Shown: positions 46,466-61,352 of the stretch, one piece after another | Position numbering within the stretch: position 1 is the stretch's first letter | How the letters are laid out: each line of letters starts with the position of its first letter | Assembly (NCBI GenBank): GCA_009914755.4 | Contig: CP086569.2 | Span: 4,704,001 to 4,768,000 of the forward strand | Reading direction: 5' to 3' | Length of the DNA stretch: 64,000 bases | DNA from: the human T2T-CHM13v2.0 reference genome, Homo sapiens | The notes under the pieces: generated by a model | What the model was told of the DNA's origin: nothing | Seen by the model: the letters and a program-made list of their open reading frames with translations, nothing else | Databases searched by the model: none | Position numbers and translations under genes: made by a program

Positions 46466-48414
46466 TTATTTTTATTTCACTACTTGGCAGTTTGCCAAAT
46501 CAGAAACTTGATTTTGATAAGAGAAAAATGTCTATTTCAGAAGTTAAAAATCCGTATTTACCAAATGTTTACCAGTCTACTATCATTGATAGGGTTCACT
46601 ATATTTCAATACATATATCCCAGTGTTGTCAAATTTTTGAGATATTGTGATTTTATTAGTGTTTGATAATGAAAACATAACTTCAAAGTCTATTACCTGA
46701 GCATTGCTTTAATATCCAGGATTCTTTGTACCTGCCATTATGTTCCTGAAAGTACATTTAGCATAATATGTATAGCTAATTTATTTGAAAACATAGCCAA
46801 TTCTTCATTATTCAGAAGTTAATAATCAAATTTCATGAATCATATCCCTCCCCACTACATCCTACTACATTTCATTTTCCTTCAAAATACTTTAAAAATA
46901 CTTCCTAGAAATTATCTACTTTAGCAAATGCATTTCAAGATTCTCAGAAAATATTTTTTAATAGTCCAGAATTATTCATAGGATTAGATAAGCTCAAATC
47001 TCCATTAGATGTTCTTTTCTGTTATTAGTAAACTCCCCTCTTTAGTTTAGATCAGTGTTGTAGCACCCTTATTCTTGGTTTCTATTACATTTACAGTATC
47101 TTACAAGGAGCAGCATCTGTTACTGTTCTAAGAGATTAAGTCAAACCAAATAGGTGTGTCTATTTAGAATAATAGGGATTTTTAAGAGAATTATAATTGG
47201 ATCTTGTAGGTGTCACAAACCTCAGTGTAATAGGCATCATTGATAAGAGATTCCTCTTTTAACTGTTTATTTTGGCATTGCTACATTCGTTTTGAAGATT
47301 TTCTTGGTAGCCTTGCATACATGTCTTTAAACCATTTTTCTTACAATTAGATGCTGTGATAACATATAGAGGCTGTGGATACCTACAATTTTAACTTCTG
47401 CTTTGACTCCCAGAAGGAAAGTATAAATATTATACTGGCTCTGATATATTACAACTTTACATTAATTTTTAGACAAGATAAAAAGTATTTTTAACATATT
47501 TTCTACCATATTGCTCAATTATCATCCTTTTATCATAGTAACTTATCAATGTTACAAAACGTTTTTGTGGGCATTATAGTTTGGAACTCAATTTTGAGAA
47601 CATTGTTTTAAAAATCTTATCAAGATATGACTTTCCAAATACAACATTTGTATTACAATTAGATGTATACCTTGTTCTTTTTTTCACTTTTAAATTAAAA
47701 CATGTGGCTGCTCACGGATTGAAAACAGGTTTACCTATATATGTCCTTACCAATTGGTAAGCATTATTCAAAGTAGATCATAAAAAGGAGACAAAAGCCT
47801 TGATATTCCCAATTAAAAAGATTTAAACTAAAAACTCCTTCTGCTAACTGTATACTGTTGAAGCATTTATTGTATAACCCTTAACTATCAAGAACTGCCA
47901 CATCTTTTGATATTTGTGACAGCTATTTTAGGAGAATAAGGGAGATGCAATGTTATAATAGGTAAGGGATGAAGATCAGCTTCCTGGTAGATTACAAAGT
48001 AGTGATAATTCTGCTTTCATCCTATTGTGTTTTTTTTCTGCACTATAGATTGAATTACATATTATTGCTCAATGTGATGCTGATTAATTAAGATGTAGGG
48101 AGCTGTGGAAAATTATCCATATTTTGTCATAAACTTATGTTTACTGACTGTACATCAGAAAATCACTAAATAATGCATGAAATTATAAAAATTACATTAA
48201 AATATTAAAATTACCTGTAAAACCTAGATATTTAAACCACTGTAGTTTTTCATATGATATTGTCAGATCAAATACACTTGCCACTTTCATTTAAGAAATA
48301 ATTACCAATATTAGATGTAAGTTAAAATAAACATAAAATAAAAAGAGTTGGACATTTATTCATATCAAATAAATAGACTAATGTCTTCTATGGATACCTA
48401 CTCTTTTCCATATT

Positions 48415-48590
48415 TTTAGTTGTTCTTCCATTTTTAATTTTTATGACTACATAGTAGGTGTACGTATTTGTGCGGTACATGAGATATTTTGATTCAGTCA
48501 TACAATGTGTAATAATCACATCAGGGTAAATGGGGTGTCCTCAGTTCTTTGTCACCTGTGGTTTTAGCTCTGATTAAGAACTTGTCTTGG
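48415..48590 (-). mobile_element. L1 3'UTR fragment of an older (L1MA/L1PB-type) family
   Basis: atttttaatttttatgactacatagtaggtgtacgtatttgtgcggtacatgagatattttgattcagtcatacaatgtgtaataatcacatcagggtaaatggggtgtcc has the same 3'UTR type as the element at 50795. Confidence 0.7.
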
Positions 48591-48965
48591 AACCTAAGTC
48601 AAAGTTTGATTTTAAATTTTTCATTGAAATTGACAGGTCGGCTGAGGAAATCAAGATTTCTCCAGTTCTGTAGTCAGGTGGTCTGATCGTTAGACTAATT
48701 GGATTTACATAAACCCAAGTATTACATTTTACATATGCATTGATTTTTATCACCTCTATTTTCAAGCTGTTGTATAAATGTTGCAGCTTTCAGGCCCTAC
48801 TTCCATTGGTAACAGATAGAAACTGGTTTGCTGCTATTCTGTCCTGGCATACAAATAATCTAAGTCAAAAGCTTCGCTTTTCATGTTTTTCTAGGATAGT
48901 GAGAGGAAAAAAAAAAATTTCTCCTACTCAAAGCATTTATTTCATTTCTATTTTCATAAAATTAG

Positions 48966-49360
<395 letters not shown>

Positions 49361-50794
49361 TAGTCAGTTTAATGCCCTAAAAAAATGATGTTTGCACAAA
49401 TGATTCTAATGCACAAATGTTATTAGTTTCTATACATTTATATTTTCTCAGAGTCTTTTCTGATTATTTGCTGGACCCTACATTTATAATTCTATTTATG
49501 CCGATTTCAGAGTAAAATTTCTATTGGGGTACAATTTAGTCTTTTTCTTCTAGGATTGCAATTTTCATTCTGTTGGCCTAGGGCTTCTCAACCTTGGCAT
49601 TATTGACATTTGAAGCTAGATAATTCTTCCTTGTGGGGTGGTGTGAGAGCTGTCTTATGTACTGCAGGAAGTTTGGCAGCATCTCTGGCCTCTACCAAAT
49701 AGATCTTAGTGGCACTCTCTTGCCTAATTGTGACAAGCAAAAATGTCTCCAGAGTTTGACAAATGTTTTCTCGGGTTGCGGTGGGGGCCCCAGGAATTTC
49801 AACAATAGAAAACCATTGCTTTAGCTCACCCTTACACATATTCATAAGAGAGGATTTTGTATTTTATAGAAAGATTTTATTAACTCCAAAAAGGAGTCAG
49901 ACTTGAAAACCTTCAAAAACCTTCAAATGATGAGCATTCTCAGATAAAATATTTCAGAAATGTTGAAACAATAAATGCTATTTGAATAACACATACTTTA
50001 GTGGTCATAGGTGAAATAGTATTAGGACATATATCAAGTCCTTTGATAAAAAGATATTTTATGAAGTAATAGTGCCTTTTAACAAATTCATAATATGTTA
50101 TAATTTATCGTAAATGTAGAAGTTACTTTCTTATCTGGTGTGACTGAAGGGGAACACAGTGCTAAATGATAAAACAGAGTAGCCTGAGGTGGTTTTCTTC
50201 TAATTTCAGGTCAGATTTACATTTCACTAATTGCACAAAAGTTTTTCAATATTAATTTTGTTTTGTATATACAGAAAACATATTTATTATTAGCACTAGC
50301 AAAATCTTATGTAATGAACCCACTTCATAAATAGAATATTTATGTTAATCAAATATGAATGTTTTGCCAACCTAATTTCAAATCTTAACATAAAAAATTG
50401 GAATGAGAAAATTGATACATATGAGTATATTGGTATATGTATTATAAATGATTCAACCTCAGCTAGTAAAGGAAGTTTTATTATTTTCAACAGTAAAATC
50501 ATTATTTTTCTAATTTGATTTCATAGTTATGTAAGAATTATTAGCAATGTTAAAATAATAAACTTTGAGCAAAACTATTTCCTGATTGTTAATGGATAAG
50601 AAAAAGATAAAAATTGACATCTAGAATTAGGCAAAGGAAAAACTAATGGAAGATTCAATATATGAATGAGACACAAAAGTTGATAGTGGTGTGTGATAGA
50701 ACTAATTACAAGCGTTTTTTAAGCTAATGTTTTTAGTTATAGATTTATTTATGAAAAATTGTTCTTAGCTCTTGAATTTTATAGTGTTTTTAAA

Positions 50795-53417
50795 TTTTTA
50801 ATGTATTTACTTTTTTCTTTTTAATTTTTGTTAGTACATCATAGGTGTATATATTCATGGGGTACATGAAATACTTTGATACAGACATGCAATTGTCATG
50901 ATCACATCGTGGTAAATGGGACATCCATTCCCTCAAGCATTTATCCTTTGTGTTACACACAATCCAATGATACTTTTAGTTATTTTAAAACATATGATTA
51001 AATTATTATTGACTGTAGCCACCCTGTTGTGTTAGCAAACGCTAGGTCTTATTCATTCTTTCTTTTTTGGTACCCATTAATCATCCCTACCTCCCCTGCC
51101 TACCAACAACCCTTGCTAGCCTCTGGTAACCACCTTCTACTCTCTGTCTTCATGAGTTCAATTGTTGAAATTTTTAGCTCCCACAAATATGTGAGAACGT
51201 GTGAAGTTTCTCTTTCTGTGCCTGGCTTACTTCAATTAACATAATGATCCATGCATCCATGTTGTTGCAAATGACAGGATCTCATTCTCTTTTCTGAATA
51301 GTACTCCATTTTGTATATGTACCAGATTTCCTTTACCCATTCATCTGTTGATGAACACTTCAGTTGCTTCCAAATCTTGGCTACTGTGAATAGTGCTGCA
51401 AAAAACCCTGGGAGTGCAGATATCACTTTGATATACTTATCTCCTTTCTTTTGTGCATATACCCAGCAATGGGATTGCTGGATTGTAATGGTAGCTCAAT
51501 TCTTAGTTTTTTGAGGAACCTCCAAACTGTTCTCCAAGTGATTGTACTAATTTATATTCCCACAAACACTGTACAAGGATTCGCTTTTCTCCACATCGTT
51601 GCCAACATTTGTTACCACCCGTGTTTTAGATAAAAGCCATTTCAACGGGGGTGAGATAATATCTTATTGTAGTTTTGATTTGCATTTCTCTGATGATTAA
51701 TTATGTCAAACATCTTTTCATATGCCTGTTTGCCATTTGTATATCTTATTTCGAGAAATGCCTATTCAAATCTTTTGCCCATTTTTTATTACAATATTAG
51801 ATTTCTTTTTCTCTAGAGTGATTTGAGCTCTCCATATATTCTGATTATTAATCCTTTGTCAGATGGGTAGTTTGCAATATTTTCTCCCATTCTGTGGGTT
51901 GTCTCTTCACTTTGTTGTTGATTGTGTCCTTTGCTGTGCAGAAGCTTTGTAACTTGATGTGATCCCATTTGCCCATTTTTGCTTTGGTTGCCTGTGCTTG
52001 TGAGGTATTGCTCAAGAAATCTTTGCCCAGACCAATATCCTGGAGATTGTTTCCAATGTTTTCTTGTATGGTATAATAGCTTGAGATCTTAAATTTAAGT
52101 ATTTACTCCGATTTGATTTGATTTTTCTATATGGTGAGAGATAGGGGTTTAATTTCATTCATCTGCATGTGGATATCAGGTTTTTCCAGCACCATTTATT
52201 GAAGAGATTGTATTTTCCCCAATGTATGTTTTTGGCAACCTCGTCAAACATTATTTCACTGTAGTAGTGAGGATTTGTTTCTGGGTTATCTGTTCTGTTC
52301 CATTGGTATATGTGTCTGTTCTTATGCCAATACCATGCTATTTGGTTACTATAGCTCTGTAGTATAATTTGAAGTCAGGTAATGTGATTCCTTCAGTTTT
52401 GTTCTTTTTGCTCAGGATAACTTTGTCTATACTGGGTTTTTTGTGTGGTTCTATACAAATCTGAGGATTTTTTTTCTATTTCTGTGAAGAATATCATTGG
52501 AATTTTTATTGGGATTGCATTGAACCTGTAGATTGCTTTAGGTAGTATGGACATTTTAACAATTTTGATTCTTCTAATCTATGAACATGGAATATTTTTT
52601 CCCTTTTTTGGTGCCCTCTTCAATTGCTTTCATCAGTGTTTCATAGTTTTCATGATTGAGATTTTTTACTTCTTTGGATAAGTTAATTCCTAGGTATTTA
52701 ATTTTTTGTGTGGCTATTATAAATGGAAATAATTTTTAAATTCTTTGTCACATTGGTCACTGTTGGCATATAGAAATGGTATTGATTTTTGTATGTTGAT
52801 TTTGGATCCTGCATCTTTACTGAAATTGTTTATCAGTTCTAATAGTTTTCTTGTGGAGTCTTTAGTTTTTTCCAAATATAACATCATATTATCTGTAAAC
52901 AATGATAATTTGAATTCTTCCTTTCCAATTTGGATAACCTTTATATCTTTCTCTTATCTGATGGCTCTAGCTAGGACTACCAGTACTATGTTGAATAATA
53001 GTGGTGACAGGGGGCATCCTTGTCATGTTCCAGATCTTAGAGGGAAGAATTTCCATTTTTCCACATTTAGTATGATACTAGCTGTGGATCTTTCATATGT
53101 GACTTTAATTGTGTTTAGATATGTTCCTTCTATCCCCAGTTTTTTGAGAGTTTTTGTCATGAAGGGATGTTGAATTTTATAAAATGCTTTTTCAGCATCA
53201 ATTGAAATGATCATATGGTTTTTATCCTTCATTCTATTGATGATATCTCACATTGATTTGCATATGTTGAACCATCCTTGTTTACCAGGGGTACATCCCA
53301 CTTGGTTATGATGAATGATCTTTCTAATGTATTGTTGAATTTGGTTTGCTAGTATTTTTGTTGAGGATTTTTGCATTAATAGTCATCAAAGATATTTGCT
53401 TGTAGTTTTCTCTTTTT
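50795..53417 (-). mobile_element. Old L1 (L1MA/L1PB4-like) 3' part: 3'UTR plus ORF2 3' two-thirds. This is the left half of a full-length element split by a nested insertion.
   Basis: The reverse complement of an L1MA/L1PB-type 3'UTR (ttagtacatcataggtgtatatattcatggggtacatgaaatactttgatacagacatgcaattgtcatgatcacatcgtggtaaatgggacatccattccctcaagcatttatcc...) is followed by reverse-complemented ORF2 sequence. It breaks off at 53417 at the ORF2 position (about aa 500, ...IPKPDKD) where the 59014 piece resumes. Confidence 0.8.
53404..53417. repeat. TSD (left copy) of the nested L1PB-like insertion: AGTTTTCTCTTTTT
   Basis: The left flank is agttttctcttttt|attatcatttttaagttccagggtac. The matching agttttcttttttt at 59000-59013 precedes the host L1 resuming. 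The host L1 sequence is contiguous across the two copies. Confidence 0.7.
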
Positions 53418-53952
53418 ATTATCATTTTTAAGTTCCAGGGTACATGTGCAGGATGTGCAGTTCATTACATAGGTAAATGTGTGCCGTGGTGATTTGCTGC
53501 ACCTATCAACCCATCATGTAGGTATTAAACACAGCATGCATTAGCTAGTTAGCTGATGCTGTCCTTCCCTAACTGGCCTCAGTGTGTGGTGTTCCCCTCC
53601 CTGTGTCCATGCGTTCTCGTTGTTCAGATCCCACTTATAAGTTAGAACATGTGGTGTTTGATTTTCTGTTCCTGTGTTAGTTTGCGGAGGATAATGGCTT
53701 CCATCTCCACCCATGTTACTGCAAAGGACATGATCTCATTTCTTTTTGTGGCTGCATAGTATTCCATTATGTATATGTACCAAATTTTCTTTATCCAGTC
53801 TATCATTGATTGGCATTTGCATTGATTCCACATCTTTGCTATTGTGAATAGTGCTGCAGTGAACATACATGTGCATGTATCTGTATCGTGGAATAATGTA
53901 TATTCCCTTGGGTATATACCCAGTAATGGGATTGCTGGGTCAAGTGGTATTT
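53418..53952 (-). mobile_element. Nested L1PB-like element, 3'UTR part
   Basis: attatcatttttaagttccagggtacatgtgcaggatgtgcagttcattacataggtaaatgtgtgccgtggtgatttgctgcacctatcaacccatcatgtaggtatt... is the reverse complement of an L1PB-type 3' end (GGGTTGATAGGTGCAGCAAACCACCATGGCACACATTTACC). It runs to cccagtaatgggattgctgggtcaagtggtatttctggtcctagg and is then interrupted by THE1. Confidence 0.75.
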
Positions 53953-54326
53953 CTGGTCCTAGGTTATATTAGTCTGTTCTCATGCTGCTAATAAAGACAT
54001 ACCCAAGACTGGGTAATTTATAAAGAAAAATAGGGTTAATTGACTCACACAGTTCCACGTTGCTGGAGAGGCCTCACAATCATGGCACAAGGCAAAGGAG
54101 GAGAAAGGCAGGACTTACATGGAGGCTGGCAAGAGAGAGCGTGTTCAGGGGAGCTCCCTTTTATAAAACCATCAGATCTCATGAGACTTATTCACTATCA
54201 CAAGAACAGCACAAGAAAGAAATGCTTCCATGATTCAATTACCTCACACCAGGTTCCTCCCATGACACATGGGAATTATGGGAGCTGCAATTTGAAATTT
54301 GGGTGGGGACACAGTGAAACCATATT
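53953..54326 (-). repeat. THE1/MST LTR (solo-length copy, the 3' LTR of the element above)
   Basis: See the element call above. The 374-bp length fits THE1 LTRs. Confidence 0.75.
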
Positions 54327-56020
54327 TTTCTGCCCCTGGCCCCTCCCAGAACTCATGTCATCACATTTTAAAGCCAATCATAGCTTCCCAACTGTCCTCC
54401 AAAGTCTTAACTTATTTCAACATTAACTCGAAAGCCCAAGTCCAAAGTCTCATGTGAGATAAGGCAAGCCCCTTCCACCTATGAGCCTATAAAATCAATA
54501 GCAAGTTACTTTCTAGATACAATGGGTGTACAGGGTAAATACACCCATTCCAGATGGGAGAAATTGGCCAAAATAAAGGGGCTACAGGCCCCATAAAAGT
54601 CTGAAATCCAATAGGGCAGTCACATCTTAAAGTTCAAAAATGATCTCCTTTGACACCATGTCTCATATCCAGGTCATGCTGACGCAAGAGGTAGGTTCCC
54701 ATGGTCTTGGGCAGCTCCACCCCTGTGGCTTTGCAGGGTACAGCCCCTCTCCTGGCTGATTTCACAGGCTGGCATTGAGTGTCTGTGGCTTTTCCAGGCA
54801 CCTGGTGTAAGTTGTCAATGGATCTACCATTCTGGGGTCTAGACGACAGTGGCCCTCTTCTCACAGTTCCACTAGATAGTGCACCAGTGGGGATTCTTTG
54901 TGGAGGCTCCCACCCCACATTTCCCTTCTGCCGTGCCCTTGCAGAGGTTCTCCATGAGTTCTCTGCCCCTGTAGCACACTTCTGCCTGGACATCCAGTTG
55001 TTTCCCTACATCCTCTGAAATCTTGGTGGAGGTTCCCAAACCTCAGTTCTTGACTTCTGTTCACCCTCATGCCCAACACCACGTATAAGCCACCAAGGCT
55101 TGGGGCTTCCACCCTCTGAAGCAACAGCCTGAGCTCTACATCGGACACTTTCAGCCATGGCTGGGATGTAGGTCATCAAGTCCCCAAACTGCACAAAGCA
55201 GCAAGGCCCTGGTCCCAGCTCATGAAACAATTATTTTTTTCTCCTAGGCCTCCCAGCTTGTGATGGGAGAGGCTGCCATGAAATCTGCGGACATGTCCTG
55301 GAGTCATTTTCCCATTGTCTTCTCGATTGATATTTGGCTCCTTGTTGCCTATGCAAACTTTTGCAGTCAGCTTGAATTTCTCCTCAGAAAATGGCTTTCT
55401 CTTTTCAATCACATTGTCAGACTGCAATTTTTCCAAACTTTCATGCTCTGCCTTCCTTTTAAACATAAATTCCATAAGTTCCAAACCATATTGTAGTGAA
55501 TACATAACACTGAATGCTTTTGACAATACCGAAGTCATTTCTTGAATGCTTTGCTGCTTAGAAATTTCTTCTGCCGGATACCCTAAATCATCTCTCTCAA
55601 ATTCAAAGTTCCACAAATCTCTAGGGCAGGGACAAAATGCCACCAGTCTCTTCACTAAAACATAGCAAGAGTCACCTTTGCTCCAGTTCCCAACAAGTTC
55701 CTCATCTCCATCTGAGACCACCTCAGCCTGGACTTTATTGTCCATTTCACTATCAACATTTTGGTCAAAGTCATTCAGCAAGTCTCTAGGAGGTTCCAAA
55801 CTTTCCCACATCTTCTTGTTTATTTAGGATCCCTCTAAACTGTTACAGTCTCTGCCTGTTACTCAGTTGCAAAGTCATTTCCAAATTTTGGGGTATCTTT
55901 ACAGCAGCACCCCACTCTACCAGTACCAGTTTACTGTATCAGTCCATTCTCACATGGCTAGTACAGACATACCCGAGACTGGGTAATTTATAAAGAAAAA
56001 GAGGTTTAATGAATCCACAG
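53953..56020 (-). mobile_element. THE1/MST-type MaLR retrotransposon (ERVL-MaLR): complete 3' LTR, about 1.6-kb internal region, 5' LTR truncated to about 84 bp
   Basis: 53953-54326 is the reverse complement of a THE1-type LTR (...tattagtctgttctcatgctgctaataaagacatacccaagactgggtaatttataaag...ccatgattcaattacctcacaccaggttcctcccatgacacatgggaattatgggagctgcaatttgaaatttgggtggggacacagtgaaaccatat is the reverse complement of TGATATGGTTTGGCTGTGTCCCCACCCAAATCTCA...ATTACCCAGTCTCGGGTATGTCTTTATTAGCAGCATGAGAACAGACTAATA). The same LTR terminus recurs at 55937-56020 (tatcagtccattctcacatggctagtacagacatacccgagactgggtaatttataaagaaaaagaggtttaatgaatccacag) and is then cut off. The spacing of about 1.6 kb matches THE1-int. 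Confidence 0.75.
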
Positions 56021-58294
<2,274 letters not shown>

Positions 58295-58999
58295 CCCCAG
58301 TGAGATCAGAGTTCTGTCCATAAACCCCTGACTGGAGTTGCTGATATTCCTGTAGGGAGGCCTTGCCCAGTGAACAGGGATAGATCCAGGTCCCACCCAA
58401 AGAAGCAATCTGGCCACAGTCTGTCACAGCCACTGTGCTGCACTGTGGAGAATTCCTCCCAGTCGAAACCTTCCAGTCTGTCAGGCCCTGGCAGCAGAAA
58501 ATGGCTGTTTGGAGCCACAGGGATGGCTGCCGCACCTCCCCCCAGGAACTTGGTCATCTTAGTCAGTCTCCAGCCTGCTACCTACCTCTGGGTCCAACCC
58601 AAACGGCTGCTGAGATTCTGCACAGTTCTGTGCTTGGGAGCCAAAGTCCTGGTGGCATAGGCTCACAAAGGAATCTCCTAATCCCTGAGTTGTGCAGATG
58701 GGTTGAAAAAGCATGATTTCCCGAGCAGAGTAGCACAATAACTCCCTCCCTTGGCTGAGGGTAGGAACTTCCCTTGCCCTGTGCAACTAGCAGATGGGCC
58801 ATCACTCCACCGTGCTTTTCTCTCTGCATGGGTTGCATCAACCACCTAGTCAGTCCCAATGTGAGAACCTGGATACCTTAGTTGATGGTGCAGGATGCAC
58901 TAGCTTTTTTTGTTCTTCTTGGTGAGAGCTGCCAACCACACCTGCATCTAATCAGCTTTCTCGGCCCCACCGCCACTCATCTTGGCCCCGCCAACACCC
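58295..58999 (-). mobile_element. 5' segment of the nested L1: about 705 bp of L1PB-type 5'UTR-like sequence joined directly to mid-ORF2 (internally deleted L1)
   Basis: Its reverse complement starts GGGTGTTGGCGGGGCCAAGATGAGTGGCGG, which is an L1-like 5' terminus with the GCCAAGATG motif, and lies directly at the TSD. It shares blocks with the 5'UTR of the host old L1 (for example aggaatatcagcaactccagtcagg versus gggaatatcagcagtagtttggcagg). ORF1 and ORF2 aa 1 to about 385 are absent between it and the ORF2 part. Confidence 0.5.
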
Positions 59000-59013
59000 A
59001 GTTTTCTTTTTTT
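59000..59013. repeat. TSD (right copy) of the nested L1PB-like insertion
   Basis: ccgccaacaccc|agttttcttttttt|gatgtgtcttagtc. Confidence 0.7.
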
Positions 59014-61315
59014 GATGTGTCTTAGTCTGATTTTTGTATCTGGGTAATGTTGGTCTCATAGAATGAGTCTGGAAATATTCTCTCCTCTATTTTTTGCAAT
59101 AGTTTCAGTAGAATTGGTATTAGTTCTTGTTTGAATGTTTGGTAGTATTCAGCAGTAAAGCCATCGGGTCCCAGGCTTTTCTTTACTGAGAGGCTTTTTT
59201 ATTACAGCTTTGATCTCACTACTAGTTATTGGCCTGTTCAGGATTTGAATTTCTTCCTGGTGAAATCTTGGTTGGTTCTATGTGTCTAGGAATTTCTCTA
59301 TTTTCTTCTAGGTTTTCCAATTTATTGGCATATAGTTGCTGATAGTAGCCACTAATGAGCCTTTGCATTTCTGCAGTGTCAGTTGTAAAGTCTCATTTTT
59401 TCATTTCTGATTTTATTTATTTATATCCTCTCTCTTTTTTCTTAGTTCATCTGGCTAAGAGTTTGTCAATTTTGTTTAACTATTTTAAAAAGCCGCTTTT
59501 TGTTTCTTCAACAATCTTTTTTCATTTTCTTCATTTCAATTTCATTTTATTCTACTCTAATCTTTATTATTTATTTCCTTCTACTAATTTTGGGTTTGGC
59601 TTGTTCTTGCTTTTCTACTTATTAAGATGAATTGTTAGATTCTTTATTTGAAGGTTTTCCTCTTTTTTGATGTAGGCACTAATAGCTATAAACTTCCCTC
59701 TTGGTACTGCTTTTGCTCTACCCCATAGGTTTTGGTATGCTGTGTTTTCTTTATTATTTGTTTCAAGAAACTTTTCAATTTACCTCTTAATTTCTTTATT
59801 GACCCACTGATCATTAAGCAGCATATTATTTAATTTCCGTGTATTTGTATAGTTTCCAAAATTCCTCTCTTTATTGATTTCTAGGTTTATTCTATTGTGC
59901 TTAGAGATGAGGCTTGATATTATTTCAATTTTTTGAATGTTTTAAGACTTGCTTTGTGACTTAACATATGGTCTATTCTTGACAATGATCCATGTGCTGA
60001 GGAAAAGAATGTGTATTCTGCAGCCGTTGGATGTAATGTTCTGTAAATATCTATTAGATGCATGTGGTGTATAGTACAGATTAAGTCTGATGTTTCTTTG
60101 TTGATTTTCTGTTGGGAAGATCTGTCCAGTGCTAAAAGTGGGGCATTGAAGTCTCTAGCTATTATTGTACTTGGGACAATCTCTTTTTAGCTCTAATAAT
60201 ATTTTCTTTATATATCCAGGAGCTCCAGTGTTGGGTGCATATATATTTAAAATTGTTATATCCTCTGACTGAATTGAAACCTTTATCATTATATACTGAC
60301 TTTCTCTCTTCTTAATTGCTTTTGTCTTGAAATTTACTCTGTTTGATATAAGTATAGCTACACCTGCTCTTTTTTGTTTTCCATTGGCATGGAATATTTT
60401 TTTCTCTTTTTCATTTTCAGTCTATGTGTGTCTTCATAAGTGAAATGTGTTTCTCATAAGCAACAGATCACTGGTTCTCAGTTTTTTCATCCATTTAGCC
60501 ATTCTTTGTCTTTTAATTGAAGATGTTAGTTCATTTACATTGAATAATATTGATAAGTAAGGACTTACTCCTGCCATTTTATTATTTGTTTCCTGGTTGT
60601 TTTGTGGTCTTCTCTTCCTTCTTTCTGTCCTTCCTGTCTTCCTCTAGTGAAGGAGATTTTCTCTGGTGATATGTTTTAGTCTCTTGCTTGTCATTTTTTG
60701 TGTTTTCATTTTATGTTTTTTGGTTTGAGGTTATTTTGAGGCTTGCAAATACCATCTTATAATGCAGTATTTTAAGCTGATAATAGCTTAACATTGTTTG
60801 CATAAACTGACAATCAAAAAGAAAACTAATAAAAATTCTACACCTTAACTTGATCCCCAAGATTTTTAACTTTTTGTTGCCGTACTATGTCTTGAAAAGC
60901 GGTTGTAGTTATTACTTTTGATTGGTTCATTGTTTATTCTTTCTACTTAGGATAAGAGTAGTTTACACATTACAGTTACAGTGTTATAATATTCTATGTT
61001 TTTCTGTGTACTTGCTGTTACCAGCGACTTTTGTACCTCCAGGTGATTACTTATTGCTCATTAATGTCTTTTTCTTTGGGTTTGAAGTACTCCCTTTAGC
61101 ATTTCTTGTAGGGCAGATCTCGTGTTGATGAAATCTCTCAGCTTTTGTCTGGGGAAATGTTTATTTCTCCTTCATGTTTGAAGGATATTTTCACCAGATA
61201 TACTATTTTAAGGTAAAAGTTTATTTTCCTTCAGCACTCTAAATATGTCATGCCACTCTCTTCTGATCTGTAAGATTTACACTGAGAAGCCTGCTTCCAG
61301 ACGTATTGGAGCTCC

Positions 61316-61352
<37 letters not shown>

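Noticed and set aside
54040-55148. Cluster of 75-130-aa ORFs on both strands (54040-54426, 54634-54993, 54861-55148, 55006-55230)
   Set aside because: All are inside the THE1/MST internal region and LTR. They are overlapping and mutually exclusive frames typical of degraded retroelement sequence.
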